A DNA stretch of 34,321 nt from a virus (IMGVR_UViG_3300020426_000284:1-34321); one strand, 5' to 3'. Shown: positions 16,631 through 25,361, numbered from the stretch's first letter. Numbers and translations are program-made. The notes: a model not told the origin generated them from the sequence alone.

Positions 16631-16848
16631 GGAACAGAGGTCGAAACAGGTATGGTATTGATAGTGCCTCGTTTTTCGCCATGTTACGGATGTTCCCGCT
16701 GATCGGGCGAGGTCCGCATCTGGGCGCGCGTTGAGCGCATGGGTGCGCGATACGTAATAGGTAACAGAGGTAACATTAGCCTTAAGTCTATGTTCTATAG
16801 TCTTTTTCTTGTTCCCATCTCTGTTCCATAGAAGGAACAAAGGGAACA
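16631..16848. other. Putative replication origin with iteron pairs
   Basis: G[GT]AACA/TGTT[CA]C hexamers at 16631, 16643 (GAAACA variant), 16682, 16691, 16761, 16770, 16810, 16822, 16834 and 16843, in alternating-orientation pairs around AT-rich DNA. Confidence 0.6.
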
Positions 16849-16861
16849 TTGAGAGCGGGGC

Positions 16862-16891
16862 TTGCGCCTATTTCTAACTTTGCGTTATGTC
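16862..16891 (+). promoter_or_regulatory. Rightward (late/packaging) promoter with operator
   Basis: TTGCGC-N18-TATGTC containing CTAACTTTGCGTTAT (16874-16888). Confidence 0.6.
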
Positions 16892-17076
16892 CCTGCGCTG
16901 TGATCGAGCGCATTTCGCCCTTGCCGAATAAAATAGGTGCCCGGAATTGGGCTTGCTGCCGCTCGACCCGTGTTCAGCGGGCGGGGGGCGGGGCGCTGGC
17001 TGGTGAAAACGGCGCGCGGATCGGCCAGGTCGGGTTCGAGCTGGGCCGGTCGCGACGGATCCCGCGCAGCACGCAA

Positions 17077-17164
17077 AATCAGGCACTTAGCGGTGTCGGC
17101 GTGGGCGGTGTTGCATCGCAGGGTGTTGCATCGCTGGCGATAGCGCTGGAAAATCAGGGCCTTG
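17077..17164. repeat. Tandem 13-bp repeat flanked by two IHF-consensus sites
   Basis: AATCAGGCACTTA (17077), GGTGTTGCATCGC x2 (17107, 17122), AATCAGGGCCTTG (17152); IHF consensus WATCARNNNNTTR. Confidence 0.7.
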
Positions 17165-17593
17165 CGCAAGGTGGTCGGCAAATTGCCAGTTTTGCGACTG
17201 GCGCGCCGACATCGACCGCACGCGGCCCGCAGGCGGCTCCCACGCGCTGCGCCGAGGGGGGGCGAGCCCCCCACCGGGGGGCCGTCCGCCATCTCTATCC
17301 GGGTTCCGCGCGGCAGGGACGATCGGCAAAGCGCATCGCGCGCCGGGCAGGCTCGATCCCGCCCCAATCAGGCTTGAAGGCCTTCGACGTTCGAAAAAAT
17401 CGCGAATGGCTCACGGGCACACAGGGGGTCGGGGGGAGCGCTGCGCTGTGCTGCGCGCGGAACCTCAACCCGAAAAGCGCAGGTTTCCGCGAAAATCGCG
17501 CCTTGGGAGGTCAAAAATCGGGTCGGGGGATGACAATTCCGGCTCACCCAGGATGGAGGAAGAAGCTCGCGAGGCTAGGATCGGGGGTGAATC

Positions 17594-18274
17594 GTGTCAA
17601 CTGACGCGCCCCGCCAGCATTCGTTTCTGCCTTCGCCGCAGCAACTGACGCTGATCCATGCCGAGGAAGGCGAGATTTCCGCCAGCGGCCTCGCCAAGGC
17701 GCGCGGTCAAGGGCGACCGCCGGGCGCGCGCAACAAGCGCACCGAGAAGGTCGCGCGGTATTTTGTCCACCAGTACGGCGACCCGATCGACATTGCCGGG
17801 AATATCATCACCACGCCGCTGGAAGTGCTGGTGGCGACGATCCGGCAGGCAGACCAGGGCGACAGAAGTGGTGAGCTGGATCGGCTCGAAAGGCTGGTCG
17901 ACCGGCTCGCCGCGCACTGTTCCGACAAGGAAGCGGCGAAGCTCTACCGCAAGCTGATGGCGTACATGAGCCGCAAGGAAGTGGGCGCGATGGAAGTCGC
18001 CGAGTGGTGGCGCAAGATCTTCGTCGACGCCTTCACCTATGTCCACGGTCGCCAGCCAACGAGCATCGAAATTGCCGAGAAGAAGGACGCGGTGCTGATC
18101 ATTCCGGGGATCAACGCCCCGACCGATGTTTCGCACGAAGACCTTTCCGCCGCGATCGACAAGCACGGGCTCGCGGCGCTCGATTTCGAGGGCATGAAGC
18201 TGGTCGAAGATGCCGAATTCGCCGAGGTAGATGGGGACGACGCCAAGGATGCGGAGAGGGGCGCCGATGGCTGA
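17594..18274 (+). CDS. Putative terminase small subunit
   Basis: GRPPGARNKRT motif; position upstream of terL; acidic C-terminus. Confidence 0.65.
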   Translation: MSTDAPRQHSFLPSPQQLTLIHAEEGEISASGLAKARGQGRPPGARNKRTEKVARYFVHQYGDPIDIAGNIITTPLEVLVATIRQADQGDRSGELDRLERLVDRLAAHCSDKEAAKLYRKLMAYMSRKEVGAMEVAEWWRKIFVDAFTYVHGRQPTSIEIAEKKDAVLIIPGINAPTDVSHEDLSAAIDKHGLAALDFEGMKLVEDAEFAEVDGDDAKDAERGADG

Positions 18275-18419
18275 CCGCATTGTGATGGTGGGTGGCAGTG
18301 AGCTGGTTTTCCGCGATCTGCTCGAAACGCTCCCGATTGATCACCCTGTCCGCATCCAGCGCGCACTGGACGATTGGTGCGCTCGCCAATGGTGGAATTG
18401 GCGTGAGGCGGGCCGATGA
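18267..18419 (+). CDS. Small hypothetical protein (50 aa)
   Basis: Overlaps both neighbours; RBS GGAGAGG. Confidence 0.55.
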   Translation: MADRIVMVGGSELVFRDLLETLPIDHPVRIQRALDDWCARQWWNWREAGR

Positions 18420-20077
18420 TCACCCGCGACCTCCGTAATGCCGCGAAGGCCGGTGCGATGGGCGCGGCGGCGCTGGCTTCGGCTGCGGCCGCAGCGCCGA
18501 TGCCCGCGCCGGTCGACGCGCGCGACTGGGACGGTAGCGAGGGCGAAGCCCAGACCATGACGATGAAGCCTGTTGGCCCGGTGGCCAAGGCATTCGTCGA
18601 GAGCAAGTCGAAGATCGACATCATCATGGGGCCGTATGGCAGCGCCAAGACGACCAGCTGCCTGCAAAAAATCCTGCTGATCACGATGATGCAGACCCCC
18701 GGCAAGGACGGGGTGCGGCGTAGCCGCGGCTGCGTGGTGCGCGACACCTACGACCAGCTCAAATCCAACGTGATGAAGGACTTTTTCTCTTGGTTCCCCA
18801 AGACGAAAGACAACTTCAACGGCGACACGAACGACAGCAAGATCAGGATCGAGGTTCCGAATTTCGGGATGCTCGAAATCGAAATTCTGTGGCGCGCCCT
18901 GAGCAGCGACACGAAGCCCGAAAAGCTGTTCAAGGGGATGCAGCTGACCTGGCTGTGGCTGAACGAAGCCGACACCTTGCAGCCTGCCGTGGTCAAGTAC
19001 GGCTTCCCCCGACTGGGCCGCTATCCCGCCGCCAAGGATGGTGGGTGCCGCCATAGCTGCATGTTCTTCGACCTGAACGCGCCCGAGGTCACCAACTGGG
19101 TGTACGACATCGCGGTCAACGAAAACCTGCCGATTTCGAAGGAAGAGCTGGAGCAGATGCAGGCGGAGCAGGGCGCGAATTTTCGCGTCACGTTCCACAG
19201 GCAGCCGGGCGGGCTCTCCCCCAATGCCGAAAACATCGCGAACCTGCCCAAGGGGTACTATCAGGGCCTCAAGCTGACGCTCGACGAACACGAGCAAAAG
19301 CGGTTCATCCATAACGAGTTCGGCGCGGTGCGCAGCGGGCAGCCGGTGTTCCCGCAATTTCGCGACGATCTTCACGTTGCCAAGGAACCGATCAAGGCGA
19401 ACCCCAACCTGCCGCTGTTCTGCGGGATCGACGGGGGTGCGACCCCTGCCGCGATCTTCGGACAGAAGGACCATGACGGCAAGCTGCTGGTGATTGCCGA
19501 GCTGGTCGTGTTCCTGCCCGACGACGAAAAGAAAATCCTCGAGAAGATGGGGCCGGTCCAGTTCGGCGAGACCTATCGCCGGTTCGTCGACGACAATTTC
19601 CCCGATGTGGTGGTAGCAGAGCCGTGGGGCGATCCGGCCATCTTCACGGGCGATTACGGCCACGCCGAGGATGTGAGCTGGGCGCAGAAGTTCAGCCAGG
19701 CGGCGAACGTGCGGATTCGCCCTTCGCCCGTGAAGGGCAACCTGTTTTCGATCCGCCACGCCAACATGGTGGCGCGGATGGTGCGCGATAACCTGCCGTT
19801 CTGCGGAATGCTGCTGTCGCCCGCGTGCCCGTGGCTGAGGCAGGGCTTCAACAATGGCTACACGCTGCCGAAAACCAAGCTTTCGGACGGTACGAAGGCG
19901 CTGGCGGACAAGCCCGACAAGCGCAACCCCTTCGGCCACGCGCAGGATGCGCTGCAATATCTCGAAGCCGGGGTGAGCAAGGCCAGCAATTCGATCGAGG
20001 ACATAGACCGCCGCGCGAAGGCCCGGAAGCGCGGGGCGGGCGTGAAGCGCACCGGGTATGCAGGAGCATTGCGATGA
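18416..20077 (+). CDS. terL: Terminase large subunit
   Basis: Walker A GPYGSAKT, VVRDTY, Walker B WLNEAD, RNase H-like GIDGG and HAQDALQY motifs. Confidence 0.93.
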   Translation: MITRDLRNAAKAGAMGAAALASAAAAAPMPAPVDARDWDGSEGEAQTMTMKPVGPVAKAFVESKSKIDIIMGPYGSAKTTSCLQKILLITMMQTPGKDGVRRSRGCVVRDTYDQLKSNVMKDFFSWFPKTKDNFNGDTNDSKIRIEVPNFGMLEIEILWRALSSDTKPEKLFKGMQLTWLWLNEADTLQPAVVKYGFPRLGRYPAAKDGGCRHSCMFFDLNAPEVTNWVYDIAVNENLPISKEELEQMQAEQGANFRVTFHRQPGGLSPNAENIANLPKGYYQGLKLTLDEHEQKRFIHNEFGAVRSGQPVFPQFRDDLHVAKEPIKANPNLPLFCGIDGGATPAAIFGQKDHDGKLLVIAELVVFLPDDEKKILEKMGPVQFGETYRRFVDDNFPDVVVAEPWGDPAIFTGDYGHAEDVSWAQKFSQAANVRIRPSPVKGNLFSIRHANMVARMVRDNLPFCGMLLSPACPWLRQGFNNGYTLPKTKLSDGTKALADKPDKRNPFGHAQDALQYLEAGVSKASNSIEDIDRRAKARKRGAGVKRTGYAGALR

Positions 20078-20292
20078 ATCCCCTCACTCTGTTGTCGCCC
20101 GTGGCCGGGGTGTTGTTCGGTCGCAAGAAGCCGAAGCCCTCCGCCCCCGTACTTCAACCCCGCGTCGATACTGCTGCCGAGGCTGCGCAGAACCGCGATC
20201 TTCTTTCGAAGCGCAAAGGCGCAGCCGCCAACCAGTTGACCGGCAAGATGGGTGCCGAATCCGGCACCGGCAAAACCAACCTGGGCCTGTAG
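20074..20292 (+). CDS. Small virion protein of the pre-portal type (T7 gp7.3-like position)
   Basis: LFGRKKPKP..AAEAA..KRKGAAANQLTG..KTNLG pattern; ATGA coupling. Confidence 0.65.
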   Translation: MNPLTLLSPVAGVLFGRKKPKPSAPVLQPRVDTAAEAAQNRDLLSKRKGAAANQLTGKMGAESGTGKTNLGL

Positions 20293-20318
20293 CCCGATCA
20301 GCGAAGGAGACTACCGAT

Positions 20319-21119
20319 ATGGCCGATGCGAAGAACGCGCCGAAGGCGAATGAACCCAAGGCGGACGAAGACAAGGCGCCCGCTGCCGCCAAAGGCGAGC
20401 CTGACCACAAGCACGAACCGTCCTTTGCCGAGGCCGTGCAGGCGGAGGTGAAAGCCTATCTCGACGCCAATCTCGAAGAGCTGGTGAAGGCGGCTATGCC
20501 GCGCGAAATCGACGTCGGCACGCTGGTCATCGGCGCCGATGCGGATCTTCCGGCCGATCTGGTGGAACGGTTCAAGGCGTTGATCCCCGAAACCCCGGCG
20601 CAGGTTGCCGAGCGCCAGCGCCTGACGCAGGAAGAGGCGATCGAGAAGGGGCGCAGTCGTGCAGCGCGAACGGCCAAGCGACAGGCGCGTGAGCAGGAGA
20701 AGGCGGCGAAAGCCGCTGCCGAGGAACGGGCCGAGCTGGAAGAAAAAGCCGCCAAGGCCTTCGCCGAGACGCCGCCGTTCATCGGCGATGTGCGCGATAT
20801 CACGGGCAAGATCATCCGTGCCGTCGTGGTCGACAATGGCCAGGCCTACAGCCCCGATCATCGGATCGAAGTGCGCGAAAGCGAGCTGGAGCCGACCGCC
20901 GATGGGGGCCTGCTGCTGACCAAGGCGATCGAGCTGCCCGCGAAGTCGCGCGAATTCGCGGTGGTCGGCGTATCGCTGATGACCGATGCAGGCGCGCTGC
21001 GCACCGTGCTGAATGGCCGGCGCAAGTGCGGCGGCGGGCATTCGATCAGCTTCCCCGCGCGCACGCTGGTGTTCCGCCCGGCCCCGCCCAAGGCGGTTGC
21101 CGAAGCGGACGCCGCGTAA
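20319..21119 (+). CDS. Hypothetical protein (coiled coil plus C-terminal beta domain)
   Basis: RBS AAGGAG; typical codon usage. Confidence 0.75.
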   Translation: MADAKNAPKANEPKADEDKAPAAAKGEPDHKHEPSFAEAVQAEVKAYLDANLEELVKAAMPREIDVGTLVIGADADLPADLVERFKALIPETPAQVAERQRLTQEEAIEKGRSRAARTAKRQAREQEKAAKAAAEERAELEEKAAKAFAETPPFIGDVRDITGKIIRAVVVDNGQAYSPDHRIEVRESELEPTADGGLLLTKAIELPAKSREFAVVGVSLMTDAGALRTVLNGRRKCGGGHSISFPARTLVFRPAPPKAVAEADAA

Positions 21120-21159
21120 GCGCCCCCTCTCGCGAGCCTCCGACACAAGGGAACAGGAA

Positions 21160-22821
21160 ATGCTGGACGTCGCCACTCAGATCAAGGCGCAGGAACGGAT
21201 GCACAATGCGCGCAGCCCGTTCGAAGCCGAATGGACCGAAGCGGCCCAGTATTTCCTGCCCCGGCAGGCCGACTTCAGCGGGCAGAATTCGACGCAGGGC
21301 GTGCCGCGCACGCGCGAAATCTTCGATAGCTATCCCGCCCGTGCGCTGGACGATGGCAAGAGCATCGCGGTGGGCATGGTGATGCCGCGCGGCGCGCTGT
21401 TTCAGGGAATCGCCCCGCCCGACCACGACGAATTGCTGAAATTGCAGCACGTCGCCGCCTGGTACGAAGCGAAGACGCGCCGCCTGTTCGAGCTGCGGCA
21501 CGATCCGAACAGCGGCTTCGTGCAACAGACCGATGAGAGCTGGGCCAGCCTGATGGCTTTTGGCAATCAGGGCATGTCGGTGACGCACCGGATCGACAAG
21601 CGCACGAAACGGCCCATCGGCCTGCGATATCGCAGCGAGCATATCGGGCGCTGCTACATCGAGCGCAACTGGCAGGGTCTGCAAGGGCGCACGCATCGCA
21701 AGTGGACGTGGACCGCCGAGCAGGCGCTGGAGCGCTGGGGCCGCGAAAAGCTGCAACGCGCGCCGCAGGTTCTGGAAGCGGCGACCAACAGCGAGAAGAA
21801 GCACACCGAGTTCGATTTCCTGCTGGTGGCGCTGGAAAACCCGAACGTCGATCCCGAGCGGATGGACATGAAGGGCAAGCCCTACATCGGCGGCTATATC
21901 TCGCTGGCCGACAAGGAATGGATCGAACAGGGTGGCTGGAACAGCCGCGAGCTGACCTATTCCGCGTTCATGCGCAGCCCGAGCGAGGATTACGGGCGCG
22001 GCCCCGGCGTCGACATGCTGCCCGAGGCGAAGGCGCTGCAACAGATCATGGTGGATCTGATGACCGGCGCGGAAATGGGGCTGATGCCCCCGCTGGGCGG
22101 ACCCGACGACGCGCTGGACATGATCATCAATTACGGCGCTGGCGAGTTCGTGCCCGGCGCGTTCAACTATTCCGGCAATCAGGTGATCGGCAAGCTGTTC
22201 GACGTAGGCGATTTCCAAGGCCCGCTGGCGATCCAGGCGCAGTTGCACGAAGCGATAGACCGCGCGTTTTTCCGCCACCTGCTGTTCCTGACGCAGGACA
22301 TGAAAAGCCATGTCACCGACGCGCAGATCATGGAGCGGGTGCAGGAGAAGGGCGTGCTGCTGCAACCGCTGGCCACGCAGGAAACCGAGTGGTTGAGCCC
22401 GATGCTCGACCGCGAAATCGACCTGATGGGCCAGATGGGCGAGTTCGACGATATGCCCGGCGAAGTGATCGAGGCGGGCGGCGCGCGCGCGATCACTTAC
22501 GACAACCCGCTGAATGCCGCGCTGATGAGCGAGGAGGCCGCAGGCTATTTCCGCATGTCGCAGGCGGTCGCCACGCAGGCGCAATACGACCCGACGTGGA
22601 TGCAGGAATTCAACCGCATGTTCCCGGCTGCCAAGGTGATGCCGAACCTTGCCCGCGTGCTGCGGGTGCCTGCCGCGTGGCAGGCGACCGAAGCGGAATT
22701 GAAGGCGGCGGACGATGCCGCCGCGCAGCGCCAGAACGCGCAGGACCTGCTGGAAACGGGCGCAGCGGTGGCGGGTATCGCCAAAGACCTGGGCGCAGCG
22801 GGAGTGAGCGGCAATGCCTGA
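21160..22821 (+). CDS. Portal (head-tail connector, T7/BPP-1 type)
   Basis: W..AAQYFLPRQ, IFDS, LMAFGN, EDYGRGPG..MLP, IDRAFF, TDAQIMERVQEK and YDNPL motifs. Confidence 0.93.
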   Translation: MLDVATQIKAQERMHNARSPFEAEWTEAAQYFLPRQADFSGQNSTQGVPRTREIFDSYPARALDDGKSIAVGMVMPRGALFQGIAPPDHDELLKLQHVAAWYEAKTRRLFELRHDPNSGFVQQTDESWASLMAFGNQGMSVTHRIDKRTKRPIGLRYRSEHIGRCYIERNWQGLQGRTHRKWTWTAEQALERWGREKLQRAPQVLEAATNSEKKHTEFDFLLVALENPNVDPERMDMKGKPYIGGYISLADKEWIEQGGWNSRELTYSAFMRSPSEDYGRGPGVDMLPEAKALQQIMVDLMTGAEMGLMPPLGGPDDALDMIINYGAGEFVPGAFNYSGNQVIGKLFDVGDFQGPLAIQAQLHEAIDRAFFRHLLFLTQDMKSHVTDAQIMERVQEKGVLLQPLATQETEWLSPMLDREIDLMGQMGEFDDMPGEVIEAGGARAITYDNPLNAALMSEEAAGYFRMSQAVATQAQYDPTWMQEFNRMFPAAKVMPNLARVLRVPAAWQATEAELKAADDAAAQRQNAQDLLETGAAVAGIAKDLGAAGVSGNA

Positions 22822-23158
22822 GCCCGATCGCGCGAAGCCGCTGCGGCAAGCGAAGATATCGCGCCGGATGCAACTGCTGGGGATTCGCCTGCTGGGCCTG
22901 CAATCGCACGCGGCGAAGGCCGTGTTCCTTGGCGAAGATGGCGAGGTGACGCCGCAAGGTGAAAAGCTGATTGCCCTGCTGGCCTACGAAGCGCGGCTGA
23001 ACCAGCATGGGTTCAACGGCGATGCCGACCGCCGCCTGTTCGACGCAGGCGCGCAGCATATCGTACGGACGCTGATCGAGTGGGTCGACATCGACACCGC
23101 CAAGATCGCGCGCGCGCAGCAGAGACTTCAGAACGATTCAACTGGAAGGGAACCCTAG
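22814..23158 (+). CDS. Bbp19-like head protein
   Basis: VFLGEDG...GEKLIALL....FDAGAQHIV pattern; located between portal and scaffold. Confidence 0.65.
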   Translation: MPEPDRAKPLRQAKISRRMQLLGIRLLGLQSHAAKAVFLGEDGEVTPQGEKLIALLAYEARLNQHGFNGDADRRLFDAGAQHIVRTLIEWVDIDTAKIARAQQRLQNDSTGREP

Positions 23159-23159
23159 A

Positions 23160-24047
23160 ATGACCGATGCCGCACCGGCCCCCGCGCCGACGCCCACCCC
23201 CACTCCGACCCCCGCAGCAACCCCGGCGCCGACGCCTACGCCTACGCCGACCCCGGCAGCAACCGACGCGCTGACCCCGCCAGCGGCGCAGGATTGGCGC
23301 GCGGGATTGCCCGAAGACCTGCGAGGCGACGCCACGCTGGGTAAGTACAACTCGCTGGAGGACCTCGCGCGCGGGCACCTCGAAACCAAGCGCGCCGCCA
23401 GCGCCAAGGCTGTTCCGCTGCCGGGCGACAGCGAGGAAAGCCGCAAGGCCTTCGCCGACGCTCTGCGGCCGGAAAGCGTCGATGCCTACGATTTCGGGGA
23501 ATTGCCCGAAGGTATGGACAGCGAAATGGTCGACGGGTTCCGCCAATTCGCCTTCGATAGTGGGTTGCCTCCCCACCTCGCGAAGGGGGCGATGGACTTC
23601 TACGCCGGGGCGATGGACAAGCAGATCGAGGCTGCGAATGCTGCGAGCCAGAAACAGCTCGACAGCTTCAAGGCCGATTATGGCAGCGGCTACGACGAAA
23701 AGCTGGGCGAGGTCCAGAAGATGATCGAGGGGTTCACCGGCACTCCGCTGGAGCTAGGCGAAGCGGACCTGAACCGGCTCGACATCAAGCTGGGCAGCGA
23801 TGGACTGATGAAGTTCATGTTTGCCCTGCACGATCGCGTCGGCGATCTTGGCTATGCGGGTGAAGGCGACAATCCGCCCGCCGGGTTCCAGGCCGTTGCG
23901 CCTGAAAATGCCGAGGCGACTTGGAATACCAAGATGCAAGATGCCGAATGGCGCAAGAAGGTGAAGACGAAGGGCAGCCCCGAGGCGAGGGAGAGCGATT
24001 ATCTGCAAAAGATGATCGCGCAGCATCGCGCGCGCCAGCAGGGTTGA
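23160..24047 (+). CDS. Capsid scaffolding protein
   Basis: Pro/Thr N-terminus, WRAGLPEDL, KYNSLEDLARG, RPESVDAY; position before capsid gene. Confidence 0.82.
   Translation: MTDAAPAPAPTPTPTPTPAATPAPTPTPTPTPAATDALTPPAAQDWRAGLPEDLRGDATLGKYNSLEDLARGHLETKRAASAKAVPLPGDSEESRKAFADALRPESVDAYDFGELPEGMDSEMVDGFRQFAFDSGLPPHLAKGAMDFYAGAMDKQIEAANAASQKQLDSFKADYGSGYDEKLGEVQKMIEGFTGTPLELGEADLNRLDIKLGSDGLMKFMFALHDRVGDLGYAGEGDNPPAGFQAVAPENAEATWNTKMQDAEWRKKVKTKGSPEARESDYLQKMIAQHRARQQG
23170..23265 (+). repeat. Low-complexity Pro/Thr tandem repeat in scaffold N-terminus
   Basis: PAPTPTPTPTPAAT repeated twice. Confidence 0.8.
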
Positions 24048-24070
24048 CAAATCTAACCCGTCGTTAGATT
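24044..24070 (+). promoter_or_regulatory. Promoter upstream of capsid gene with operator palindrome
   Basis: TTGACA at 24044, then AATCTAAC-CCGTC-GTTAGATT (24050-24070). Confidence 0.65.
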
Positions 24071-24075
24071 AATCA

Positions 24076-24265
24076 CGGAACGAACCGGGAAGCCCGCCCC
24101 ATGGGAGTCCTCTTCCCGGTTCGTTATCCGGCATCCCCATCGCCTGATGGCCCCGGTGCATCGCTGTAAAGCCAGCGCGCGGGCAGGAGCGTAAGACTGC
24201 AAGAGCGGCCCAGGGAAACCTGCATCCCCGCTCGGAAACCGAACCAATTGTTTGTTTTTCGAGCC
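24076..24265 (+). ncRNA. Putative structured leader RNA of the major capsid gene
   Basis: 14-bp stem 24079-92/24112-25; hairpins CCATC/GATGG and CGCTG/CAGCG; GAGCGG/CCGCTC enclosing CAGG-GAAA-CCTG. Confidence 0.45.
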
Positions 24266-24278
24266 AGGGAGCGATGAC

Positions 24279-25268
24279 ATGGCCGACAATTACCTCGAAA
24301 CGACCCGCACCGTTAACTTCGAAAAGGCGGTCGAATTCCAGCTTGCCGAGATCGGCACCGACTTCGAAGCGATGTGCGACTTCAAGGGCGGGATCACGGG
24401 CGAGAAGACCGAGATTACCGACCGCTTCGGCAACCTGCGGGGCAAGAAGAAGACGTCGCGCTTCGCCAAGAAGGACCTGCAGGACAACGTCGTCGAGCGC
24501 CGGTGGATTCACAAGCAGGAATCGATTTCCTGCCACACCGCGCTGGACATGGATGACCAGATGGCGACGGAAATTCCGCTCGACAGCCCGCTCGCCGAAG
24601 GTGTCGCGCGGGGCATCCAGATTTCCCGGCAGGACGAATTCCTGATCGGTTTCTACACCGACGCCGCGACCGGCAAGGAAGGTACGCAGTATGTGCCCTT
24701 CTCCAGCGCGAACATCATCGCGGCAGACTTCGAAAGCCCCGGCACTGCCACGGGCCTTTCGCTGCCGAAGATGAAGACCGTGCGCAAGCGCGCGCGACAG
24801 TTGCTGATCGACCCGCGTGTCGAGAAGCTGCACTGGATGATCACGGCGGAGCAGATCGAAGATTTGCTCGACATCGACGAATATGTGCGCCGGGAATACA
24901 ACCCCGACAGCCAGATCATGCAGGGCGTTTACGGTCGTCCGCTGTCCGAAGGGGCGCGGCAGGCTTTGCAGGACGGTATGCCGACCGACTTCCTCGGGTT
25001 CCACTTCGTGCCCAAGGAATTCACCAACTCGAAAATGTACCCCGAGGCGAACGAGCTGGGGCTGACGACCGATGCCAACGGCAACGAGCTGTGCCCGGTG
25101 TGGGTGCCCAAGGGTATGGCGGGCCGTGAATGGCTGACGGTGCTGACCAAGCGCAGCCAGCGTACCGACCTCGACGGCGATCCGTGGCAGTTCAGCGCCT
25201 ACACGAACATCCGTTACGGGCGGCGCGACGAGAAGCGCTGCTTCCAGGTGGCCTGCAAGCCGACCTGA
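24279..25268 (+). CDS. Major capsid protein
   Basis: 329 aa after scaffold; pattern RRW...LDMDDQ...W.ITAEQIEDLL...G..FLGFHFV...RRDEKR typical of BPP-1-like capsids. Confidence 0.88.
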   Translation: MADNYLETTRTVNFEKAVEFQLAEIGTDFEAMCDFKGGITGEKTEITDRFGNLRGKKKTSRFAKKDLQDNVVERRWIHKQESISCHTALDMDDQMATEIPLDSPLAEGVARGIQISRQDEFLIGFYTDAATGKEGTQYVPFSSANIIAADFESPGTATGLSLPKMKTVRKRARQLLIDPRVEKLHWMITAEQIEDLLDIDEYVRREYNPDSQIMQGVYGRPLSEGARQALQDGMPTDFLGFHFVPKEFTNSKMYPEANELGLTTDANGNELCPVWVPKGMAGREWLTVLTKRSQRTDLDGDPWQFSAYTNIRYGRRDEKRCFQVACKPT

Positions 25269-25278
25269 TCGACCCTGT

Positions 25279-25308
25279 AGCCGGGCGGGCGGAGGTTCGC
25301 CCGGCTTT
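25279..25308 (+). terminator. Hairpin after capsid gene (weak intrinsic terminator)
   Basis: AGCCGGGCGGGC-GGAG-GTTCGCCCGGCT followed by only a short T run. Confidence 0.5.
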
Positions 25309-25361
25309 ACCGCTTCATTTCCGGCCCTGAGCAAGCCGACACGAACGAAAAGGAGCCCGAC

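Noticed and set aside
16810-16848. Additional LexA boxes in the GTTC/GAAC repeats
   Set aside because: Spacers are 8 and 5 nt rather than 7; better explained as iterons
16631-17164. CRISPR-like array among the intergenic repeats
   Set aside because: Repeats are 6-13 bp, in mixed orientation and without regular spacers; no cas genes
17030-17470. tRNA-like fragments (GGGTTCGAG, CTCACGGG, GAACCTCAA) as a second att core
   Set aside because: Matches to tRNA-Gln are 9 bp or shorter, scattered and in inconsistent orientation; compatible with chance
16849-17604. 251-aa ORF upstream of terS
   Set aside because: TTG start without RBS, atypical composition, and it overlaps a promoter, IHF sites and hairpins; probably non-coding
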